DNA from: Macrostomum lignano
Taxonomy: Eukaryota
Direction of reading: 5' to 3'
Assembly: GCA_002269645.1 (NCBI GenBank)
Contig: NIVC01002245.1
Span: 124,001 to 188,000 of the forward strand
Length of the DNA stretch: 64,000 bases
The notes beneath the pieces are model-generated. The model saw only the letters and a program-made list of their open reading frames with translations, did no database searches and had not been told where the DNA came from. Positions 47,232 to 57,100 of the stretch are shown one piece after another (positions within the stretch are counted from its first letter, which is position 1; every line of letters begins with the position of its first letter). The position numbers were made by a program, and so were the translations under genes.

Positions 47232-47990
47232 ATGCGACCGTTGCTGTTTCTGCTTCTGGGTCTCAAAATTAGTTGCGGTGCAACTTGCGACTCTCCGAAA
47301 GCGACTTTCCACTCGATCTCTGGCGCTGACTGCGTGACGTCCAGCTTCACCCACACCGTGTGGGGCTCGTGCGATCCGCAGTCCTGCAGCCTGCACTGCG
47401 CCAAGATGCCGAACTGCCGGGCCTTCTCTCTGCCGGATGGCGACTGCCTCTGCAAGCTGTTCCTGTTCGACAAGTGCAGCCACCGAGTGCAGTCAGAGGC
47501 CAACTGCACTCACCGAGTAACCGTGTACGTGAGATCGCTACCTGGAGTAGCTCCGGGTCGCCTGTGCCCACCCGGATACGAGTACTCTCAGTTCGGATCC
47601 TCATACAAGGTGTCGGCCGAACCTGTGACCAATTGGGCTGACGCTCTCTCCCGGTGCGGACAGGAGGCCGGACTGTCGAAGTTCGCGGACGCTCTGGACT
47701 CCGACGAGTCACGTCACCTGATGTGGATCAAGAGCGTCTCGAACATTCCTGTAGAGAGTTTGTACCTGGGTGGCCACCAGATTCCGGGCTCTGCGACCAA
47801 GACGGAAGGCTGGATCTGGGACGCCTGCAACGAGAGCATCCGGGCCGACGTCTGGGAGCCCGAGAGGCCGAGCAGTGGGTTGCCGATTCAGGGCTGTGCG
47901 GCTGTCTACGCCAATCACAAGATCGGCGTCGATGATTACGGATGCTCTAGCAACCGGAAATACCTTTGCGAGTGCCTGTCCGTGTTCTAA
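47232..47990 (+). CDS. Secreted PAN/apple + C-type lectin protein, copy 4 (252 aa)
   Basis: Intact paralogue. Confidence 0.85.
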   Translation: MRPLLFLLLGLKISCGATCDSPKATFHSISGADCVTSSFTHTVWGSCDPQSCSLHCAKMPNCRAFSLPDGDCLCKLFLFDKCSHRVQSEANCTHRVTVYVRSLPGVAPGRLCPPGYEYSQFGSSYKVSAEPVTNWADALSRCGQEAGLSKFADALDSDESRHLMWIKSVSNIPVESLYLGGHQIPGSATKTEGWIWDACNESIRADVWEPERPSSGLPIQGCAAVYANHKIGVDDYGCSSNRKYLCECLSVF

Positions 47991-48179
47991 ATTTCCTACA
48001 CTAGACTGAGTTCTACTATAAGTCAATTCCAAGGAGTTACGAGCGTACAGTTAGTCTCTTCAGTTTAATCTGTTTTCGTTTTCAAGAATATAACAGTGCT
48101 TGTCTATAATTTGTATTCATTGAATTTAAATGTGCGAAGTATGTGCGTATCTTAATATTTTTTAGCATTCTAACACAGT

Positions 48180-48300
48180 CGGGGTCGTAGCCTAGAGGTC
48201 CAGATCGGCGCTCTTACGTGCCAGTGTGCCCAGACTCGATTCCAAGTGAAGTCACATTAATTTGGGGCTTCATTTCGGCTCGGGTCTGCATGCGCGTTTG
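48180..48300 (+). mobile_element. Isolated SINE head
   Basis: GGGGTCGTAGCC...CTCGATTCCAAGTGAAGTCACATTAATTTGGGGCT matches the head at 51914. Confidence 0.55.
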
Positions 48301-48499
48301 TATTTTTGTGTATTTTTGTGGACTTTAAAGACATTCAAATAAGCGAAGTCGCCCATCCTTCGACACTAGTAAGCACGTCCTTGAGTGCAGCTTGTAGTAC
48401 GATAAAGTTGATTCAGTGGCAGAACAGCCGCGTTCAAACAGACTACTTACCCTCGTAACTACTTTCTCCGGAGCTACCATAGCTACCGAAAGAGCGCCC

Positions 48500-48810
48500 A
48501 ACCTTGGCAGTATTCATCGGGATTATCGCCAAACCTTGGTAGTATTCGTGAGGATTATCTTCACTATCCTTGGCAGTATTCATCGGGATTATCGCCAAAC
48601 CTTGGTAGTATTCGTGAGGATTATCTTCACTATCCTTGGCAGTATTCATCGGGATTATCGCCACTAACCTTGGTAGTATTCGTGAGGATTATCTCCACTA
48701 ACCTTTCCAGTATTCCTTGGATTATCGCCACTAACCTTGATAGTACGAGTATTCGTGAGGATTATCTCCACTAACCTTTCCAGTATTCCTTGGATTATCG
48801 CCACTAATCA
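48500..48810. repeat. Compound ~30/33-bp (63-bp higher-order) tandem repeat
   Basis: Alternating CCTTGGCAGTATTCATCGGGATTATCGCCA / CCTTGGTAGTATTCGTGAGGATTATCTTCACT. Confidence 0.85.
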
Positions 48811-49375
48811 CAGTGTTCCTCAAAAAATGCCTCCTACCACCGATGAAAATTGTGTTCATTGGAAGAATTTCTAATACCTAAGCTGGAGTACTCATAGTAG
48901 GCCATAGTGGTTCTGTTCATTCTAAACTAGACTGCAGCAATAAAAACCCAATCAGTCTTCTAGCACATGACGTTTTTCGTCGCAAAGTTTCTATAAAATG
49001 CTCCCTTAAAAGTGCTCTCCAAATCCACTGCCGAGCCGCGCCGGAGATTCTCTTGCCCAGAAGGGCTGGGCAGTGCGGTTCGAAAGTGTGGGCTGAGGAG
49101 CTGCAGTGGCGGCAAGAAGCGCCTCTCGCTCTCGATCGATCCGGTCTTAGCCTATATATCTTAGTCTTAGTCTTAGTCTATATATTCAGATAGGCCTTGC
49201 ACTTGCACTAATCGACTGAGCATGCTCCGGGATCGAAGCGGTCGATTCTCATCAAGGATGCACTCATAGCTTGACGTCAGCGAGTTGCCACGGCTTGGGC
49301 CTGCGTTTCTACCTGAGTTGAATCGAGTCGAGACACATCCTACCTGCCATTTTGGCTTCTGTTCTTGTGTCTCTT

Positions 49376-50730
49376 AGGTACATTGAGTCTAGTGAGGTTA
49401 ATTCTCACCTTACACCCAGGTCCACTGAGTCTAGTGAGGTTAATTCTCACCTTACACTCAGGTAAACTGAGTCTAGTGAGGTTAATTCTCACCTTACACT
49501 CAGGTACACTGAGTCTAGTGAGGTTAATTCTCACCTTACACTCAGGTACACTGAGTCTAGTGAGGTTAATTCTCACCTTACACCCAGGTCCACTGAGTCT
49601 AGTGAGGTTAATTCTCACCTTACACCCAGGTACACTGAGTCTAGTGAGGTTAATTCTCACCTTACACCCAGGTAAACTGAGTCTAGTGAGGTTAATTCTC
49701 ACCTTACACTCAGGTACACTGAGTCTAGTGAGGTTAATTCTCACCTTGCACTCAGGTACACTAAGTCTAGTGAGGTTAATTCTCACCTTACACCCAGGTC
49801 CACTGAGTCTAGTGAGGTTAATTCTCACCTTACACCCAGGTACACTGAGTCTAGTGAGGTTAATTCTCACCTTACACTCAGGTACACTGAGTCTAGTGAG
49901 GTTAATTCTCACCTTGCACTCAGGTACACTAAGTCTAGTGAGGTTAATTCTCACCTTACACCCAGGTCCACTGAGTCTAGTGAGGTTAATTCTCACCTTA
50001 CACCCAGGTACACTGAGTCTAGTGAGGTTAATTCTCACCTTACACTCAGGTACACTGAGTCTAGTGAGGTTAATTCTCACCTTACACTCAGGTACACTGA
50101 GTCTAGTGAGGTTAATTCTCACCTTACACTCAGGTACACTGAGTCTAGTGAGGTTAATTCTCACCTTACACTCAGGTACACTGAGTCTAGTGAGGTTGAT
50201 TCTCACCTTACACCAGGTACACTGAGTCTAGTGAGGTTAATTCTCACCTTACACTCAGGTACACTGAGTCTAGTGAGGTTAATTCTCACCTTGCACTCAG
50301 GTACACTGAGTCTAGTGAGGTTAATTCTCACCTTGCACTCAGGTACACTGAGTCTAGTGAGGTTAATTCTCACCTTGCACTCAGGTACACTGAGTCTAGT
50401 GAGGTTAATTCTCACCTTGCACTCAGGTACACTGAGTCTAGTGAGGTTAATTCTCACCTTACACTCAGGTACACTGAGTCTAGTGAGGTTAATTCTCACC
50501 TTGCACTCAGGTACACTGAGTCTAGTGAGGTTAATTCTCACCTTGCACTCAGGTACACTGAGTCTAGTGAGGTTAATTCTCACCTTGCACTCAGGTACAC
50601 TGAGTCTAGTGAGGTTAATTCTCACCTTACACTCAGGTACACTGAGTCTAGTGAGGTTAATTCTCACCTTGCACTCAGGTACACTGAGTCTAGTGAGGTT
50701 AATTCTTGCCACACACGCACTGAGTCTAGA
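49376..50730. repeat. 42-bp satellite (GTACACTGAGTCTAGTGAGGTTAATTCTCACCTTACACTCAG), about 32 copies
   Basis: Period of 42, seen as a 14-aa repeat in the ORF track, with internal inverted repeats. Confidence 0.95.
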
Positions 50731-51635
50731 ATTGAATACTGACTGAGTATGCTTCTATATTGTACTCTTAATTTACAGTTTTTTCATACCCAATACAAAG
50801 CGTAAAGACCTTTTAGGGAATTTTCGCTCTGACGTTCACAGTCGGTTAAAGTTAATCAAAACGGAATCTCCCAGAGTCAAATTAAAATTCTCCAACTGTC
50901 TATCCTACAGTGTCCGGTTAATTAAAGTTTTTTTCTGAACTTTTCTGACTGAGCCTCAAAGCCTCCTCGACCGGGTGCATTTCTCCGCGATCAAAATATA
51001 TCGCAAAAGGTCCCGGTGTCGTGTAGATACAAAATAATCTAAAATGCACCACAATTTGGGAGTCATGGGCGACTACTTGGGCGCCGCTCTTCAATCGGTA
51101 ATTTCAGAGAATTTCTCTACATTTCGAAAGGTCGCAGACTTTATAAGTACTTTCTTTCTATTGCTTTCTGAAGTTTTACAACGTCGTGATTTAACTGAAA
51201 AACTTGTTTTTCCTTCGGCTTACACACTGTGACGTCAGGATCAGCAGCTGCCGTTTGTTTTATTGAAGTCGTTCTTGGACACAACCAGAAGCAAAACGAG
51301 AAAATCTCAGAAAATTCACAGAAAAAGAAGATAATTACAGGCAGCTTAATTGTAGCAGCTCTGCCTGCGCCTGCGCAATTACATTTTTTAAACCAAACAG
51401 TCGCTTTTTCTTTGATTTTTTTTCGTGTGAGCGACGCAATCAGATTTCTCGGCTGGCGGGAAATTCTGGAACTCCGCAATGCGCAGCAGTTTGCTTAGCG
51501 CAGAGTTCCTCTGCACTGGCACGCGGGTAGCGGCTGCCGTAGTGTGTGACGCCTGAGCACGAGTATCTCCCTGAGCAATTGGAGATCTTGTTCGAAAGTT
51601 GAGATGCTAAGAGATGCCCGAATAAAGTTCGAACT

Positions 51636-51912
51636 ATGTCGATGATTATGTCGATGACTATGTCGATGACTATGTCGATGACTATGTCGATGACTATGTC
51701 GATGACTATGTCGATGACTATGTCGATAAATATATCAATGACTATGCCGATGACTATGTCGATGAATATGTCGAAGACTATGTCGAAGACTATGTCGAAG
51801 ACTATGTCGAAGACTATGTCGAAGACTATGTCGAAGACTATGTCGAAGACTATGTCGAAGACTATGTCGAAGACTATGTCGAAGACTATGTCGAAGACTA
51901 TGTCGAAGACTA
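51636..51912. repeat. 12-bp minisatellite ATGTCGA(T/A)GACT, about 23 copies
   Basis: Read directly. Confidence 0.95.
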
Positions 51913-51913
51913 A

Positions 51914-52270
51914 GGGGGCCGTAGCCCAGCGGTCTAGCGCAGGCTCTGGTGTGCCAGCGACCCAGGCTCGATTCCAAGTGCAGTCACATTAATTTGGGGC
52001 TGAATTGGAATCTCGGCTTGGCTCTGCTCGTGCAATTAACGGCCTTGAGAGCCAACCCCCTAAGGTGCAGTGAAGTGTACATGCCTAACGATAAAATAAA
52101 GTTTGGGCTGCTGTACACTCCTGTGTGAGTGTGTGCCTGCGTACGTATCCGCGCGCTTGTATGCCTGCTCAGGGGAGTCGGCGGAATGGGCAGTAATGCC
52201 TCTCGCCGGTTGTGTGCCGATGTCGCTTAAAGTGCGCCAGAGTGCACACAGCCCCCCTGCCTCTAATAAA
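51914..52270 (+). mobile_element. tRNA-derived SINE flanked by ATGTCGAAGACT on both sides; a second truncated body follows at 52340-52510
   Basis: A box TAGCCCAGCGG, B-box-like GGCTCGATTCC, shared body, and 3' AATAAA. Confidence 0.7.
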
Positions 52271-52820
52271 ATGTCGAAGACTATGTCGATATCTACATCG
52301 ATGACTATTTTGATGACTATGACTATGACTGTGCAGTCACTTTAATTTGGAGCTAAATTAGAATCCCGGCTCGGGTCTAATGCCCTTGAGGGCCAACCCC
52401 CAAGGCACACTGAATGCGTAAGTATCCGCGCGCTTGTGTGCCTGCTCAGGGGAGCAGGTGGAATGGACAGTAATGCCTCTCTCGGTTGTTCTGCCTTATG
52501 CCTCTAAAAATGTCGATGACGATGCCTCGCAATCCGCATGATTTTCAAGGGAGGTGCGGAGAGTTTTATTGAAAATGAGGTTCAGGAGGAAGAGCTGGAA
52601 CTCCATGAAGATTCTCTATTTTTGTTCAAGATATTTTGTCATGGCTGTAACAAGGATCACTGTAGGATCACAAATGTAAAAGGACGTAAAACTAATAATT
52701 CTCATACTAGTAGCTATTCCTATACCTGCCTAAATAATTTGATGTAAACAATGTTTACCAATATCATTTTTCATATTTTTGTTGACCTAGTCTTCAATTT
52801 TTAAACCAAGGTTAGCTTAA

Positions 52821-53080
52821 AGCTGACCCACAAACTGAATTGGATACTCGATGGGTCAGCTGACCCACAAAATGAATTGGATACTCGATGGGTCAGCTGA
52901 CCCACAAACTGAATTGGATACTCGATGGGTCAGCTGACCCACAAACTGAATTGGATACTCGATGGGTCAGCTGACCCACAAACTGAATTGGATACTCGAT
53001 GGGTCAGCTGACCCACAAACTGAATTGGATACTCGATGGGTCAGCTGACCCACAAACTGAATTGGATACTCGATGGGTCA
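52821..53080. repeat. 37-bp tandem repeat, 7 copies, with a perfect 16-bp palindrome TGGGTCAGCTGACCCA at each junction
   Basis: Read directly. Confidence 0.95.
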
Positions 53081-53254
53081 TTTAATGAAAAAAATGATTT
53101 CAGTGGTCCTTGAGCAGTGAGCCAGAGCACTTTAGAAGTTTGTGATGCTGTTCGCTAGCGGGATTGGTCCTGAATGTGGGGCCTATAATTCTGTTTAGGC
53201 AGAATATTCTCTCTTTCTAAAAGGGAGGCAGAGCAGTTCAGGGATAAACGCGTG

Positions 53255-53370
53255 TCACAGCCATGATTGCCAACCCCCAAGGCACAGAGACTGTACATGC
53301 CTGACGATAGGAAAGTCAGGGCCCCTGTACACCCTGAGTGAGCGTGTGTTCGTATGAGTGCGTGCCCAGA
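53255..53370 (+). mobile_element. SINE body fragment
   Basis: CCAACCCCCAAGGCACAGAGACTGTACATGCCTGACG block. Confidence 0.6.
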
Positions 53371-54168
53371 AGTCAGTGGAATCACGAATTAAATAACTCC
53401 TTAAAACAGGTTTCGGATGCTGATATCCGTCTGACTTCAGTCTCGGACTTGTTGTCAGAGACACAAATTACGCTGGCCAACACGGTGCAGCAGAAACTCT
53501 TATGCAGGATAAAATCCTAGCCTGTTTACACGGCGGCCAAAATGTCACTCTTTGATTGCAGGCCATTCAGGCGGCACTGAATAAAAGGCAATGCAGGCAG
53601 GCCCGCAGGCCCAACAGTAACTCGGACGTCAGCGCAAGTACGCGATTGGGTCGGATGGGGAGAGATTTCCCAAATTTGGCAGTCACAATCGATAGAGGGA
53701 CTTAGGAAGGGAAGAGAGAGTTGGAGAGGGCCGAGGGGAGCGAGGAAGGGAGAGGCCGGGATCCCAGACATTTTCATCCCAGAGGACCGGCCTCGTCTAT
53801 TTTTATCTGACCCCGCAGTGTCCCCAGCTGAGCCCGTTCAAATGCACGGGAGTGATGTGGGAATTTTCCAGAAAAAAAAACTGCAAGGCTTCTTCATAAC
53901 CCGTCGTTCCTCATCAGGCTCAGGATTCTGCACGCACACAGCAGCCACTCCCGGCTCTTGCTATTGGTCACACCCAGACCAAACCCTCCCCCACACCCCC
54001 ACACACGCACGGCCAGCCCTATATAGTAAAGTAAATTCTGGCACCCACAAGACCCTCTGCTGCCGCTCTTAGCAACACAGAAAGCAAGAGAACTCGGACG
54101 CCTTTAAACATCTCGTAAAGCCTCAACTGCTGTACTCCAGATAATCAACCCAACCGATTCTAAGAAAC

Positions 54169-57100
54169 ATGGCAAAACGAACGGTAAAGTTGTGCAACCT
54201 TAATTTCATAACCATGTTTCGGCTCAGCTCTATCTATTCATTCCTTGTATCATTAATTGCAGGTGACGCCGTGGCTAATTCTGTCCTGCTTTATCACCTG
54301 TTTTGGCTCGTCGATGTTGTACGGATACAATATCTCCGTGTTTAATGGGCCCAAGGATGTAAGCTTAAAGTGCACTTGCTACTTTATATAAATAGAAGTT
54401 CTCTAACTGGCTCTTACTCGGCCAGAGTATGCAGAGACCCCCGCTCCAGTCAAATCTCAGCCAAAGAAATCCGCCCCAGTGAGAATCTCAGCCAAAGAAA
54501 TCCGCCCCAGTGAGAATCTCACCCAAAGAAATCCGCCCCAGTGAGAATCTCAGCCAAACAAATCCGCCCCAGTGAGAATCTCACCTAAATAAATCTTGCC
54601 CCAGTGAGAATCTCACCCAAAGAAATCCGCCCCAGTGAGAATCTCACCCAAAGAAATCCACCCCAGTGAGAATCTCAGCCAAACAAATCCGCCCCAGTGA
54701 GAATCTCACCTAAAGAAATCTTGCCCCAGTGAGAATCTCACCCAAAGAAATCCACCCAGTGAGAATCTCAAACAGCAAGCCTCTAGACTTTAAGGTCAAG
54801 ACTTTACTAACAAATAAATCCCTCTTTACCCATGTACAGCACATCATGTGCTTCCTGAGCGAGAACCTGCTGCAGATCCCCTGCAAGGATCTTTCGAAAA
54901 ATGCCGAAAACGGCAAGGATGCGAACGGCACCGCCCCGGAAACTGCGGTGGACGAAGCGGGGCACAAGCTCGGTCTGTACTACTCCCTCATCATGACGGT
55001 GTGGATCGTGTTCGGCGCAATCGGTGCCTTCAGCACCGGTGCAATTTCGAACTTCTTTGGAAGGTAGGTGTCGCTGCCAGACCTCTGTGCGAACTGTTTA
55101 CTAAGCATTCTATAGGGGGGGGGGGCGCCACGGCCTCTTCTTGTGCACGAGAATAGGCCGAGAGGGTTGTCCTGCGATTCACGGGCATGATGGTCAACCA
55201 GCAAGGCACAGAGACTGTACATGCCTGACGATTAGACAGTCAGGGCCCCTGTACACCCTGTGTGAGCGTGCGTATGAGTGCGTGTCTGTGTGTGCTCAGG
55301 AGCCAGCGGAGTGGGGAGAATTGCTGTCAGCGCTGGTGGTGGGACCATGTCGCCGAAGGTATTTTTATCAGCTATTTCTGTAATTATGTACCTATGCTAG
55401 AGACTTCAGTTGATTAGCAACTGGTCTCATAGTGTTTGCTTACAGCTGAGCGTCATAGATTCTTAATTTAGTAGTGCATTGGGCCATACTTAAAGAGAAT
55501 TGTCCAAGCCTCTTAAAACGAAGTATTGCTGAGAATACGAGGCATGGGTAATTATTTGATAAGTATTCTGAGCTTGATGTGTACTCAACTAAATACAGAG
55601 CCTCCAACCAGTCTCACTTGAAGTGGTTTTGCCACCCCGCAGAGGCCAATACTTGAGATAGAAGGAGCTCGTGGGTGTGAGCTCTGTGAGTATGCTGCTT
55701 TCGAATCTGCAACAGAACAGCCGTCCCCTTCGGGCAACCGTAGCTTAGCTGGGCTACCGTCTTATGCTTTGTCAAAACTAGGTCGCTTAACTAGTCCTTA
55801 TAAAAGCCGTAGATTAACGTTGAAGGTAGCAATGTAGATCCCATCGTTCTTCCGTGGCTCGTGCATTCAATGGTGGACGGCTCGCCCATAGACACTCGTG
55901 CTTTAGCCTTGCTGCACTCCCAGCCATGCTTCAGTGCTTCATTGTTGGAATGGAATGGAATCCTACAGGCTTCTAAGGTTTTATGACCCTAAACACCCAA
56001 CCAGCATTTGCGTCAATACGCTCGCGGAGGCCAGACAGGCGCAATAAAAAGTCCATTTTACAAGGGGGAGGGGCTGCCTTCCACATTCCTGCCCTGTCCT
56101 CCTGGGCCGGGGCGTCGGATGTAGACGATTAAAACTGCCATACTAAAATAGCAAGAGCACCCAAGAGAGTGAGGCTTCCAGATTAACTATACGCCCACCA
56201 TGCAGCTGCGTAGATGCGTATGTTTTTTGTGCTCCGGTTTTTGCCGTGTGCCACACCCTCGCCTCCCACTGTGCCGCAGACTACATGCTGCGTGCCACAC
56301 CCTCCCCACTGTACCAGACTACATGCAGTGTGCCACACCCTCCCCCTGTACCAGACTACATGCAGTGTGCCACACCCTCCAAACGCCCCTTCAGACGCAA
56401 CGGCCTGCTGTTCAACAACGCCTTCATGATCGCCGGAGCTATCATCTCAGCGCCAACCGTGGCCACCAAGATTCCCTACCTGCTCTACATTGGCCGCGCG
56501 TTCATCGGCTTCAACTGCGGTAAGAATCGCGGCCCAGCAGTGAGACCGCATCTGGTTTCATGTGTCCCGTTCGCGCAGACTGCGCGCACTTGCAATTCCA
56601 GACTAGGTTCACTCGGTCTGGTTTATTTCACATTAAGAGGACGTATAAGCAGTAAAACTCGTGAGACAGAAAGATGTAGCAGTTTTCGTTCACGCATTCC
56701 GCCCGCCCACACAAAGTTTCACACGGTCTACCAGACACAAAATTCACAGTGTTTCAAGTTGCAATAACCCCCAGCACATCGCTCCCACAGCGCAGTGCAT
56801 TGCTGATGCGCTCTCTCATGTACCGAAATTTTCTTTTCTCGCTAATCCGCACTCAATTCTCACTCTCACCCGTCCATCTCTCTCGCAGGTGTGACCATCG
56901 GGCTCGCCAGCATCTACCTGACCGAGATCGCCCCAATCCACATCCGTGGCGCGATCGGGGCCTGCCACCAGCTAGCGGTGACCATCGGCATTCTGGTCGC
57001 CTTCGTGTGCTCCGGCCTGAAGCAGACGATGAACCACGAGGACCTGTGGATCGTGGCGCAGGCCCTCACCGGGGTTCCGGCTATCATCTCCCTGATCGTG

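Noticed and set aside
20681-47509. Recurrent ORFs overlapping the lectin genes (MAALVEQEQL..., MQLASDC..., MGLVRSAV...)
   Set aside because: They are shadow frames of GC-rich lectin coding sequence and recur only because the gene is duplicated.
48443-49350. Possible minus-strand gene (AAAATGGCAG|GTAGGA at ~49350; exon-like 48503-48449 ending at GTAAGT)
   Set aside because: The phases do not join and no protein family is recognisable, so it is unsupported.
49340-50746. Long 14-aa-repeat ORFs on both strands, and a possible 42-bp CRISPR array
   Set aside because: These are stop-free readings of a 42-bp satellite with no unique spacers.
51636-51992. MS/MT/SK-repeat ORF
   Set aside because: Translation of the 12-bp minisatellite.
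52821-53080. CRISPR-like palindromic repeat array
   Set aside because: The spacers are identical, there are no cas genes, and the context is eukaryotic. It is a simple tandem repeat.
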